Shown: positions 9,379-17,798 of the stretch, piece after piece | How positions within the stretch are numbered: position 1 is the first letter of the stretch | Layout: each line of letters opens with the position of its first letter | Source: Chryseobacterium gleum | GTDB taxonomy: Bacteria > Bacteroidota > Bacteroidia > Flavobacteriales_D > Sanyastnellaceae | Length of the DNA stretch: 61,867 nt | Direction of reading: 5' to 3' | Assembly (NCBI GenBank): GCA_945869405.1 | Contig: CAMBPD010000001.1 | Coordinates: forward strand, 1 to 61,867 | Position numbers and translations under genes: made by a program | The notes under the pieces: generated by a model | Databases searched by the model: none | Seen by the model: only the letters and a program-made list of their open reading frames with translations | Told to the model about the DNA's origin: nothing

Positions 9379-9599
9379 AAAAGATACACAGCTTACTTGA
9401 AAGGCAACTCTTTGGCATATGCGCAGGCATTGCCGATTACATGGGAGTGAAGACCCCTCAAGTGAGGCTGAGCTTCATCTACTTGTCTTTTCTCACCTTT
9501 GGCTCTCCTATATTCGCCTACCTCGTTCTTCTCTTTTGGAGGCGCAACACGAAAATATGGAAGCCTTGGTTATGGAGAAAAAGCAACGTTGAGCTATAG
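9375..9599 (+). CDS. PspC domain-containing membrane protein
   Basis: LERQLFGICAGIADYMGVKTPQVRLSFIYLSFLTFGSPIFAYLVLLF is a PspC-domain pattern. ATG 9375 overlaps the DUF2851 stop (ATGA). Confidence 0.7.
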   Translation: MKKIHSLLERQLFGICAGIADYMGVKTPQVRLSFIYLSFLTFGSPIFAYLVLLFWRRNTKIWKPWLWRKSNVEL

Positions 9600-11000
9600 C
9601 ATTTCGTTGGCTAGGTTGGCCAGCTCACTTCGCTCACCACGTTCGAGAGTTACATGGCAGTATAAGTCTTGCCCCTTCATCCGCTCAATAACATACGACA
9701 GTCCATTGCTTTGCTCATCCAAGTATGGCGTATCAATTTGACGGACATCCCCTGTTAGAATAACTTTTGTGTTTTCACCTGCTCGCGTTATGATTGTTTT
9801 CACCTCATGCGGTGTGAGGTTCTGTGCTTCATCTACAATAAAAACACAGTTTGAAAGACTGCGGCCGCGTATGAAGGCCAACGGACAAATAGTAATCTTT
9901 CCCTGAGCCTGTAACTCATCAATCATTTTCCGCTTCTTCTCGTGCTCAGAAAATTGATTCTTTATGAACGACAGATTATCCCAAAGTGGCTGCATATAGG
10001 GATTTATCTTTTCCTCGGCATCGCCCGGTAGAAATCCAATTTCCTTATTACTCAATGGCACAATAGGCCTCGCTAGATAAATCTGATCATACTGATTCTT
10101 CATCTCCAACGCACCTGCCAAGGCTAGCAAGGTCTTGCCAGTGCCAGCCACACCAGAAATCGTAACCAACTTGACCTTCGGATTAAGAATTGCGTGCAAC
10201 GCAAAAGCCTGTTCTGCATTCTTAGGTTTTATGCCGTAGGCGTATGCCTTGTCTACACGCTCTATCTCTTGCGCTTTCGCATTGAAGTAGGCTAGTGCCG
10301 AAGATGTGCAGTTCTTTAGTATATAAAAATGATTGTTCTGCTTCTCCTTACCCAAAACATCAGTTTGCGTTGAACGCCCTTCCTGATACAACGAGCGAAT
10401 GACCTCTGAATCCAAGCCTTCAATAGTAGACATCCCACTATACATTACCATGGAGTCCTTGACCTTTCCAGTCTTGAAATCTTCAGCAGGTAAATTGAGT
10501 GCTTTGGCCTTCAAACGCAAGTTGATATCCTTTGTGACCATTACGACTCTGCTCGCCGGTTCTTCCTCTTGTAACTTAATGGCGGCATTCAATATCTTAT
10601 GGTCATTCTTGCGCGACTCGAAAATTGACTCCGCATTTTTCGATACGTCATCCGAGGTGTTAAGTATGATTCGCATCGTGCCACCCATGCCATTCTCAAG
10701 CGGAATCCAATCTTGCAAAGACTGTTCTTCTGATAGGCGATCGATCATACGGATGCACTCTCGCGCTTCAAAGTTTTTTATATCATTACCCACTTTGAAC
10801 TTGTCGAGCTCTTCCAGCACCGTAATGGGTATCGCAATTCGATTGTCCTCAAAGCTGTTGATGCAATTGTGGTCGTGCAGTAATACAGATGTATCAATTA
10901 CGTAAATTTTTTGAACTCGGGTTGCGCTTGTTGTAGTTTCAACTGCTTGCTTCGTTTGTCTTTTAGCGCTTGGCACTCTCGACTTCTTTGCTACTGCCAT
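9594..11000 (-). CDS. PhoH-family ATPase with N-terminal PIN domain (YlaK-like)
   Basis: The PIN-like start is KIYVIDTSVLLHD..IPITVLEELD. The Walker A motif is GVAGTGKT and the PhoH core reads VFIVDEAQNLTPHEVKTIITRAGENTKVILTGDVRQID. The start is at MAVAKKSR (11000). Confidence 0.85.
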   Translation of the reverse strand: MAVAKKSRVPSAKRQTKQAVETTTSATRVQKIYVIDTSVLLHDHNCINSFEDNRIAIPITVLEELDKFKVGNDIKNFEARECIRMIDRLSEEQSLQDWIPLENGMGGTMRIILNTSDDVSKNAESIFESRKNDHKILNAAIKLQEEEPASRVVMVTKDINLRLKAKALNLPAEDFKTGKVKDSMVMYSGMSTIEGLDSEVIRSLYQEGRSTQTDVLGKEKQNNHFYILKNCTSSALAYFNAKAQEIERVDKAYAYGIKPKNAEQAFALHAILNPKVKLVTISGVAGTGKTLLALAGALEMKNQYDQIYLARPIVPLSNKEIGFLPGDAEEKINPYMQPLWDNLSFIKNQFSEHEKKRKMIDELQAQGKITICPLAFIRGRSLSNCVFIVDEAQNLTPHEVKTIITRAGENTKVILTGDVRQIDTPYLDEQSNGLSYVIERMKGQDLYCHVTLERGERSELANLANEML

Positions 11001-11218
11001 ACTAATTAGGTTATTTAGGTTTTTGAACAATACACTTGATGCAATCCTCCACACCTCCAACTACGCTACCGAATGTACCCGAAAGCGAAGCCGACGCTCC
11101 AAAAAAAAGGACTAGTTATGAACTGCAAGACAGTGAATTAGACACTAACAATTCCTTCATTATAAGATCACAATTGATTCACAAAAAACTGAACCCAAGA
11201 GCTAACTAACTGTTGTTC

Positions 11219-11226
11219 TACCTTTG
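11219..11226 (+). promoter_or_regulatory. candidate Bacteroidota -7 promoter box (TACCTTTG, matching TAnnTTTG) upstream of bshA
   Basis: This is a motif match only, 8-17 nt upstream of the candidate ATGs at 11234 and 11243. No convincing -33 TTG lies at the expected spacing. Confidence 0.25.
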
Positions 11227-11242
11227 TCTAATTATGCATAAA

Positions 11243-12373
11243 ATGCTGAAAATCGGAATCGTGTGCTACCCCACCTACGGGGGGAGTGGAGTGGTTGCAA
11301 CAGAATTAGGTAAGGCACTCGCCGACCAAGGACACGAGATTCATTTCATAACCTATTCTCAACCTGTCCGTTTGGGTGCTGCGCACAAACGAATTCGATA
11401 CCATGAGGTGAATGTGAGCGACTATCCACTTTTCTACTATCCACCTTATGAATCTGTACTCGCCAGTAAAATGGTCGATGTAGTGAAATATGAGAAACTA
11501 GATTTAATGCATGTGCACTATGCCATCCCTCATGCTTCGGCAGCGATAACGGCAAAGCTTGTACTTGCCGAGGAAGGAATACCTCTTCCGGTAATAACTA
11601 CGCTGCACGGAACAGACATAACACTGCTCGGCAAAGACGCATCATTCGAGCCGGTCATCTCTTTTGCAATAAACAAAAGCGACGCAGTCACCGCGGTATC
11701 TCAGAGTTTGAAAAACGACACCTATAAACTCTTCGGTATAAATCAAGAAATTGAAGTGATTCCTAACTTCCTCAATGCAGATCATCACCCTGTCCAGCAA
11801 TCCCCGGAATTGCGCCAAGAGTACGCATTGGACAGCGAGCGCATAATCATCCACATGTCGAACTTTCGACCTGTAAAAAGAATTATGGATATCATTGAGG
11901 TGTTCGCTCGTATGCACGACATAGTTCCGTCAAAGCTTATCTTACTCGGCGACGGACCCGAGCGCACACGTGCAGAACAAAAATGCCGCGAGTTAAACAT
12001 CACCGAGCATGTGACATTTGTTGGCAACCTCAAACAACCTCAAGAACTATTGAGCATCGGTGATCTTTTCATCTTACCCTCAGAGTCAGAAAGTTTCGGA
12101 CTGGCCGCTCTTGAAGCAATGGCCTCGGGCTTGCCCGTTATATCGACCAATACAGGCGGTCTTCCTGAAGTGAACCGCCACGGCGTTACTGGCATGATGA
12201 GCGACGTTGGCGATATCGAAGACATGGTCAAGAACTGCATTTACCTCCTCGAAGACGGCAACAGACTGAGTAAGTTCAAGGCACAAGCTATCCGACGGGC
12301 GGAAGACTTTTCAATCGATAAAATTCTCCCATTGTATGAGAAACTGTATCAATCCGTACTCTTAAAATCATGA
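11243..12373 (+). CDS. bshA: N-acetyl-alpha-D-glucosaminyl L-malate synthase (bacillithiol biosynthesis glycosyltransferase)
   Basis: MLKIGIVCYPTYGGSGVVATELGKALADQGHEIHFI.. and the GT4 C-terminal region (LILLGDGPE..DLFILPSESESFGLAALEAMASGLPVIST) match BshA. An alternative ATG lies at 11234. Confidence 0.8.
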   Translation: MLKIGIVCYPTYGGSGVVATELGKALADQGHEIHFITYSQPVRLGAAHKRIRYHEVNVSDYPLFYYPPYESVLASKMVDVVKYEKLDLMHVHYAIPHASAAITAKLVLAEEGIPLPVITTLHGTDITLLGKDASFEPVISFAINKSDAVTAVSQSLKNDTYKLFGINQEIEVIPNFLNADHHPVQQSPELRQEYALDSERIIIHMSNFRPVKRIMDIIEVFARMHDIVPSKLILLGDGPERTRAEQKCRELNITEHVTFVGNLKQPQELLSIGDLFILPSESESFGLAALEAMASGLPVISTNTGGLPEVNRHGVTGMMSDVGDIEDMVKNCIYLLEDGNRLSKFKAQAIRRAEDFSIDKILPLYEKLYQSVLLKS

Positions 12374-12939
12374 ACCATTCTGAACCTAAATTCATTGGAA
12401 AACGCATTCGAATCGAGCGATCTAAAAATGATTTTCACATAGAAATAACTCAGAAGATTGAACGGTGGCAAGAGGCAATGCTTCTCTTTTGGCTCACAGC
12501 CTGGACATTTTGCGGCGGAGTCTTTCTGTACTTCGCCTTTAATACAACCAACCAAAAGGAACAACTGTTTTACATCATCAGTAGTTCGCTGTGGCTATTT
12601 TTCTTTGTGCGTATATCAAAAGTTTTTTTCTGGCGACTTGCGGGAAAAGAAATTATTGATATCAGCCGCGATGGCATCCGCATTCGGAACAGCTTCGGCA
12701 AATGGGGAAAGTCTGAACTCTTCCAGCAACAAAACATCTTTAAGTTAGGCCTTATAAAACGCGACTCAACCTCCTTTCTGGCGTTTCTCGATGATTCTTT
12801 TTGGATTATAGGCGGCGAGCGTGTAGGATTCAGTTATTCTGCACGCCGCATACAAATTGGAAAACAACTCTCTCTTCGAGATGCAGAACTTTTGCTGAGA
12901 GTAATCGAAAGTGCTATTCGCGAGTTCAAAAAGAACTAA
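12370..12939 (+). CDS. hypothetical membrane protein (two predicted TM helices plus a soluble C-terminal domain)
   Basis: Hydrophobic segments are AMLLFWLTAWTFCGGVFLYFAF and LFYIISSSLWLFFFV. The ATG overlaps the bshA stop (ATGA at 12370-12373). I recognise no family motif. Confidence 0.55.
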   Translation: MNHSEPKFIGKRIRIERSKNDFHIEITQKIERWQEAMLLFWLTAWTFCGGVFLYFAFNTTNQKEQLFYIISSSLWLFFFVRISKVFFWRLAGKEIIDISRDGIRIRNSFGKWGKSELFQQQNIFKLGLIKRDSTSFLAFLDDSFWIIGGERVGFSYSARRIQIGKQLSLRDAELLLRVIESAIREFKKN

Positions 12940-13364
12940 CGCATGTCGACTGCATACTCCAATGCCAGCTCGTAGCCTCGCAACCCGAATCCTATGATAA
13001 TACCAGAGCAATGAGGTGCAGTAAGTGATTGGTGCCGAATTTCTTCGCGAGCGTAAACATTACTGAGATGTACCTCAACGACCGGAGTAGTTATTGCTGC
13101 AACAGCATCGGCAATGGCAATACTTGTGTGAGTATATCCGCCTGGATTAAAAACAATCGCATCGTAAGAGAATCCTACCTCGTGCAACTTGTTGATCAAT
13201 TCTCCCTCGACATTACTCTGGTAATATTCCAAGCGCACCTCACTGTAAATCTTGATGAGCAGCGCGAGGTAACTTTCAAAATCCTGCCTTCCGTATATTT
13301 CTGGCTCACGTCTGCCCAACAAATTTAGATTCGGGCCATTGATAATAATAATTCGTTTCGACAT
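12936..13364 (-). CDS. aroQ: type II 3-dehydroquinate dehydratase
   Basis: IIIINGPNLNLLGRREPEIYG..INKLHE..DAIVFNPGGYTHTSIAIADA..PVVEVHLSNVYAREEIRH matches AroQ. ATG 13364 lies 2 nt after the upstream stop; the ORF-track start at 13370 is a TTG. Confidence 0.9.
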   Translation of the reverse strand: MSKRIIIINGPNLNLLGRREPEIYGRQDFESYLALLIKIYSEVRLEYYQSNVEGELINKLHEVGFSYDAIVFNPGGYTHTSIAIADAVAAITTPVVEVHLSNVYAREEIRHQSLTAPHCSGIIIGFGLRGYELALEYAVDMR

Positions 13365-13366
13365 AC

Positions 13367-16096
13367 TCAATCGGGTTCAGCCAAGGTGGCCTCTTTCCAT
13401 GTTTCTTCGGTAATACTTTGTCCGTTTCGGAAATAATAAATGGCCGACTTAGAAACAACCTTTTTGTACTTCTCTACCTTATTTCCAATTTTGACCAAAC
13501 GCTCTGTCACCATCTTGTTGCCCAACTTATAAGAGTTTTCTGTCACGCCTTGTTTCAAGTTTTCGGTGCCTGCAATTGCCTTGTACTCCTCTTCCTTCCT
13601 TGGCTCACCAACATTCTTGTCAAACGCTTCCTTTCTCGCTTCATAGCGACCGTTGGAAGACTTGCTCTCACGTTCACGCTCAGCAAATTCAGCATCACGC
13701 TTTTGACGCTCGATATCTATCGCATTCTCACGCGATTGAATTTCCTTGCCTTCAACAAAGGATTCAGCGGCGTCTTTACGCTGATCGATTTTCAGCTGTG
13801 TGTTTGTAATGCGTTGGTCAGCACTCTGGCGCTCATCACGTGCTTGAATATCCACTTCCTTTTTCTGGTAAGCCACTTGCTCCGACTTCTGTTTCCTTCG
13901 CTGTTCGCCAGTGTCACCCACCGATTTCTGCTTCTCGCGGGCAATCTGCGTCTTCATCTGATTCTCGGCCCTTTGTGTATCACCCTTGCGCCCAAACTCT
14001 TCCGTTTGCTTTTCTGAGCGTGTAAATAGATCTTTGTTTTTCTCAACGATCTGTTTTCTGTAGCGATCGTTCTGCTGCACTGAAGCTTGCATTTCGCGTT
14101 GCTCGTCGGCACTCTCCTTATTCTCTCTTATTCGCACATCCGCGCGTCGTTGTGCCTCGCCTTGCTCCCGGCCCGTCTCTTTCTTCTTTCGGTCATTGTC
14201 CGCTATTGCTGCATTTTGAATACTCGCACCGATGTTCATTAACTCCGACTGTGTTTCAAACTGATCGCGCACATGGTCTCTATTTATTGAAACCAGCACA
14301 TCACTGTCCTTATCTTTTTGCTCGAAAAAAGCAACGTAATCCTGCACATCTTGTTCAATCTCCCGAACCTTGTTGGCATATTCCTTTTCGGCGGCCTCGC
14401 GATAGTACCTCTCCACTTGATCCTCCGCCTCCACATCAACATCACTATGCCAATTGCGCTTCTTGGCGCGCATTTTTGCCTCAGCTGCGAGGCGCGCCTC
14501 ATCCAATTCGCGCTGTTTACGCTCTTGATCCAATCGCTCCTGCTCAAGTAAATCAGCCAAGCGCTGCTCTCCGGCCAAACGCTCGGAATCTGCCAATGCA
14601 GCCAACGAATCAGCCAATGCCTTTGAGGCACTCGCATCATTTTCTGCTAATTGTGCTATCAGTAAATCAATCGTTTCAATTTTTGATTTCGGATACTGAG
14701 CTTCAGATTTCACCACGAGCGCTGCCACATAACGCTCTCGGGCCTCGGGTAGTTTTTGATCCGTAAACAAACCGTCTGCAATCGCAACTATTTCCTGATA
14801 CTCCTTTTCAATTCTCTCACGCTCTGCATTTGCAGCTGAATTGGTATCGTCCTGCTCTTTTTGCGTCCGCCGCTGCTCGATAAGCGCTTCCAACTCCGTA
14901 ATCTTATCTTTTGGCAGCTGCTCAGAAGGCTTCAACTCTAAGGCTGCCCTATAATGAGTGATTGCCTGCTCCAACTTATCTTCATCGAAACTTCGAGCGC
15001 CCAAGGCCAATTTATCCTGATACTCCTTCTCTACGCGCATTCGCTCCGCTTCATAAGCGAGCATGTCCTTCAATGCAGATTCCGCTTTGAGTATTTGGTC
15101 CTTCGGGTAGCTTTCCGTCGGGAAAAGTTTAGATGCCTCTCTGTACTTCTCTATGGATACAGCGTAATCTTTGTTGGTGAACTTCTTGTCTGCATCCTCT
15201 ACGAGGGCATTGTATATCCCACGATTTTGGCCATCTGAGATCGCCAAATCGATTTTATGCAGCATCTCCTTTTCATAGGCTTGGTTCTTCAAGTCTTTCG
15301 CCTTGGTAAATCGATCCCTCGCATCGGTATACTTCTTCTGCTCAAAAAAGACATCCCCCTCATCAATCAACTTCTTGTATCGTGCCTCCAAATCTTTGTT
15401 GGCGTTTTCTTCATCCAACTTGGCTTGCGCAGCTGCCAACTTGGCCTTTGCTGTTGGGTCGTCAGGGAAAATTCCTAGGGCACCTCGATAGTTCGTTATG
15501 GCATCAGCATACTTCTTTTCGAGCACTTTTTGATCTCCATCCTTAATGAACTTTTCGAAGTCAGCCTTCAGTTTGGCAAGATCCTTTTCAATATCGTCGA
15601 GTCTCTTAAATTCAGCATCAATTTCTTTGGCCTTCATTTCGCTGTAAGCAAAATCGAAAGACAAACCATCTTCAGAAGGATTGTAAGTGGCTTTTGCCAA
15701 GGGCTCACGAAGTAAATCAGTGTTGAAACCCTGTCGATACGGGAATAAGGTACCATCCACATTCATGTCGAAGCCACCGTAGCGATCTTCTTCAGGGATG
15801 TTTCGCGTATCTATACGAATGACCTTTGCCAAGTATTCGCCCGTCTTTGAGAATTTTATATCATAAGTAAACCCCAAAGGCAATTTGAAATCATATTTTC
15901 CGGTAGTTCCAGCGTTGTAGGAATCGAACACCATTCCATCTTTAAAAACCTGGACAGTAACGCCTTCTAATTTCTTTTTGGTGGTTTGATCCTTTAGCTG
16001 CCCAAAGACATGGGCGATATCATTTTGCGCAAATCCGGCAAGGCCCAAAAGGGCAAGAGCAAGAGCAAGCACATATTTCAGCGTTCCGTCTTTCAT
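13367..16096 (-). CDS. secreted 909-aa protein with an N-terminal carboxypeptidase-regulatory-like domain, five degenerate TPR-like repeats and a long highly charged coiled-coil region
   Basis: The signal peptide is MKDGTLKYVLALALALLGLAGFAQ. The CRD reads VFGQLKDQTTKKKLEGVTVQVFKDG..GKYDFKL. A repeat unit (KKYADAITNYRGALGIFPDDPTAKAKL, KDYAVSIEKYREASKLFPTESYPKDQI, DKLEQAITHYRAALELKPSEQLPKDKI, QKLPEARERYVAALVVKSEAQYPKSKI) recurs. About 400 aa rich in E/K/R/Q follow. Confidence 0.7.
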   Translation of the reverse strand: MKDGTLKYVLALALALLGLAGFAQNDIAHVFGQLKDQTTKKKLEGVTVQVFKDGMVFDSYNAGTTGKYDFKLPLGFTYDIKFSKTGEYLAKVIRIDTRNIPEEDRYGGFDMNVDGTLFPYRQGFNTDLLREPLAKATYNPSEDGLSFDFAYSEMKAKEIDAEFKRLDDIEKDLAKLKADFEKFIKDGDQKVLEKKYADAITNYRGALGIFPDDPTAKAKLAAAQAKLDEENANKDLEARYKKLIDEGDVFFEQKKYTDARDRFTKAKDLKNQAYEKEMLHKIDLAISDGQNRGIYNALVEDADKKFTNKDYAVSIEKYREASKLFPTESYPKDQILKAESALKDMLAYEAERMRVEKEYQDKLALGARSFDEDKLEQAITHYRAALELKPSEQLPKDKITELEALIEQRRTQKEQDDTNSAANAERERIEKEYQEIVAIADGLFTDQKLPEARERYVAALVVKSEAQYPKSKIETIDLLIAQLAENDASASKALADSLAALADSERLAGEQRLADLLEQERLDQERKQRELDEARLAAEAKMRAKKRNWHSDVDVEAEDQVERYYREAAEKEYANKVREIEQDVQDYVAFFEQKDKDSDVLVSINRDHVRDQFETQSELMNIGASIQNAAIADNDRKKKETGREQGEAQRRADVRIRENKESADEQREMQASVQQNDRYRKQIVEKNKDLFTRSEKQTEEFGRKGDTQRAENQMKTQIAREKQKSVGDTGEQRRKQKSEQVAYQKKEVDIQARDERQSADQRITNTQLKIDQRKDAAESFVEGKEIQSRENAIDIERQKRDAEFAERERESKSSNGRYEARKEAFDKNVGEPRKEEEYKAIAGTENLKQGVTENSYKLGNKMVTERLVKIGNKVEKYKKVVSKSAIYYFRNGQSITEETWKEATLAEPD

Positions 16097-16174
16097 TGTT
16101 TTAAGCTTTACCTTGAACGTAAATATAAGACATTTTGTTTCTTACGTGCCGAGTCTGATTAAAAACCAGTTTGA

Positions 16175-17734
16175 TCAAGCAGATAATTTACCCAAAATGG
16201 CCAAGACCACGCGCTCTCCATCCATCGCAGCACTTACAATTCCTCCCGCATAACCGGCGCCTTCAGCACAAGGAAAAAGATTCGATAGCTCCACATGGTG
16301 AAGCAATTCAGCATGGCGCGGAATACGGACGGGAGATGAGGTGCGAGTTTCGGGTGCCACCAGCATGGCATCATCGGAAACATATCCACGGATTTTTTTA
16401 CCAAAGGCATCAAAGCCAGCGCGCAGATGTGTGGAAACCCAATCCGGAAGCAATGTGTTTAAATCTGTTGCGACAACCCCCGGCTGGTAAGAAGTAACGC
16501 CTACATCGCTAGATTTTCGCCGCTGAACAAAATCCACTAACCGCTGGGCGGGAGCACGCTGCGTTGAACCACCGGCAAGCCAACACGCATGCTCAATGGC
16601 CCTCTGATAATGCATACCTGCAAGAGGACCAAACCGTTGCATGTCGCCCATTTCACTCCATGCCACAGGCACTACTATTCCACTATTTGCGAATGGATTA
16701 TTGCGTTTGCTAGGAGACCATCCGTTGGTCACAATTTCGTCTTGACTGGTTGCGCATGGAGCAATAATGCCCCCAGGACACATACAAAAAGAATACACTC
16801 CGACACCACCAACTTGGTGTACCAAATTATAGCTGGCCGCCGGCAATTCAACAGGACGCACCGCGCAATGATACTGCGATGTGTCGACCAGCGATTGCGG
16901 ATGCTCAGCCCTAACACCAACGGCAAATGGCTTGAACTCAATCGCTATATTTCTTTTATGCAGCAGCTCAAAAACGTCGCGAGCGCTGTGACCAGTAGCA
17001 AGAACATACGCATCACCGCACAAAATTTCACCCGTTGCCAGAACCAGCCCCTGAACCTCACTTCCGTTATGTAAGACATCGATCATTCTCGAACCAAAGC
17101 GGACCTCGCCACCCGAGGCCAAAATGAGGTTTCGCATCGATTCGATAATAGCAGGCAACTTGTTCGTGCCAATGTGCGGATGGGCCTCCGATAGAATACT
17201 ACTTGGCGCGCCAAATTGAACAAGCGTTTCGAGTATCGATCGTACATCTCCGCGCTTGTTACTGCGTGTATACAACTTACCATCAGAATAGGTACCTGCA
17301 CCTCCTTCGCCAAAACAGTAATTTGAATCCGCGTCAACACTATGTTGCTTGTGAATGGCAGCTAAATCACGTCTACGAGCACGGACATCCTTTCCCCGTT
17401 CGATTACAATTGGCTTTATGCCCAACTCAATGCACTTAAGCGCTGCAAACAAACCCGCTGGGCCCGCCCCAACAATGACAACTGTTCTAGAGGCCGGCGC
17501 CAATGGCTGGAAATCACGACTTTTATATTCCGGAGGAATCTCTTCGAAACCGAAATAAAGTGCAACCTTATAGTTGAACTTTATCTCTCTGCCTCTTGCA
17601 TCAATAGACCTCTTGAGAACCCTGAAATGGGTTAAATCCGGAGAGGAAGACAAGCTGCTAATCACCGCTTGATCTAATCCACCGCCGCTCACCATTTGGC
17701 GAAGCGTTAAAACAAATTCTTTTTCAATTGCCAT
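16175..17734 (-). CDS. NAD(P)/FAD-dependent oxidoreductase (COG2509-type uncharacterised FAD-dependent dehydrogenase)
   Basis: The Rossmann motif is VVIVGAGPAGLFAALKCIELGIKPIVIERG. Also present are GEGGAGTYSDGKLYTR and a C-terminal FPCAEGAGYAGGIVSAA. Confidence 0.75.
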   Translation of the reverse strand: MAIEKEFVLTLRQMVSGGGLDQAVISSLSSSPDLTHFRVLKRSIDARGREIKFNYKVALYFGFEEIPPEYKSRDFQPLAPASRTVVIVGAGPAGLFAALKCIELGIKPIVIERGKDVRARRRDLAAIHKQHSVDADSNYCFGEGGAGTYSDGKLYTRSNKRGDVRSILETLVQFGAPSSILSEAHPHIGTNKLPAIIESMRNLILASGGEVRFGSRMIDVLHNGSEVQGLVLATGEILCGDAYVLATGHSARDVFELLHKRNIAIEFKPFAVGVRAEHPQSLVDTSQYHCAVRPVELPAASYNLVHQVGGVGVYSFCMCPGGIIAPCATSQDEIVTNGWSPSKRNNPFANSGIVVPVAWSEMGDMQRFGPLAGMHYQRAIEHACWLAGGSTQRAPAQRLVDFVQRRKSSDVGVTSYQPGVVATDLNTLLPDWVSTHLRAGFDAFGKKIRGYVSDDAMLVAPETRTSSPVRIPRHAELLHHVELSNLFPCAEGAGYAGGIVSAAMDGERVVLAILGKLSA

Positions 17735-17770
17735 AACTAGTTGGACTATTCATCCAAAAATAAAATATCT

Positions 17771-17796
17771 AAAAAAAAGGCCCATTGGGCCTTTTT
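17771..17796 (-). terminator. rho-independent terminator downstream of the Lys-rich protein gene
   Basis: On the minus strand the sequence reads aaggcccaatgggcctt (7-bp GC-containing stem, 3-nt loop) followed by 8 T. It starts 2 nt after the stop codon. Confidence 0.65.
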
Positions 17797-17798
17797 CA

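Noticed and set aside
10399-10905. 168-aa plus-strand ORF antisense to the PIN-PhoH gene
   Set aside because: It is a shadow ORF inside a well-supported CDS and shows low-complexity Ser-rich translation.
13418-14766. Several 60-204-aa plus-strand ORFs inside the 909-aa coiled-coil protein gene
   Set aside because: The GAA/AAG/CGC-rich coding strand yields stop-poor antisense frames (Leu/Phe/Ser-rich products). The minus-strand ORF is uninterrupted for 909 codons with a signal peptide and domain structure.
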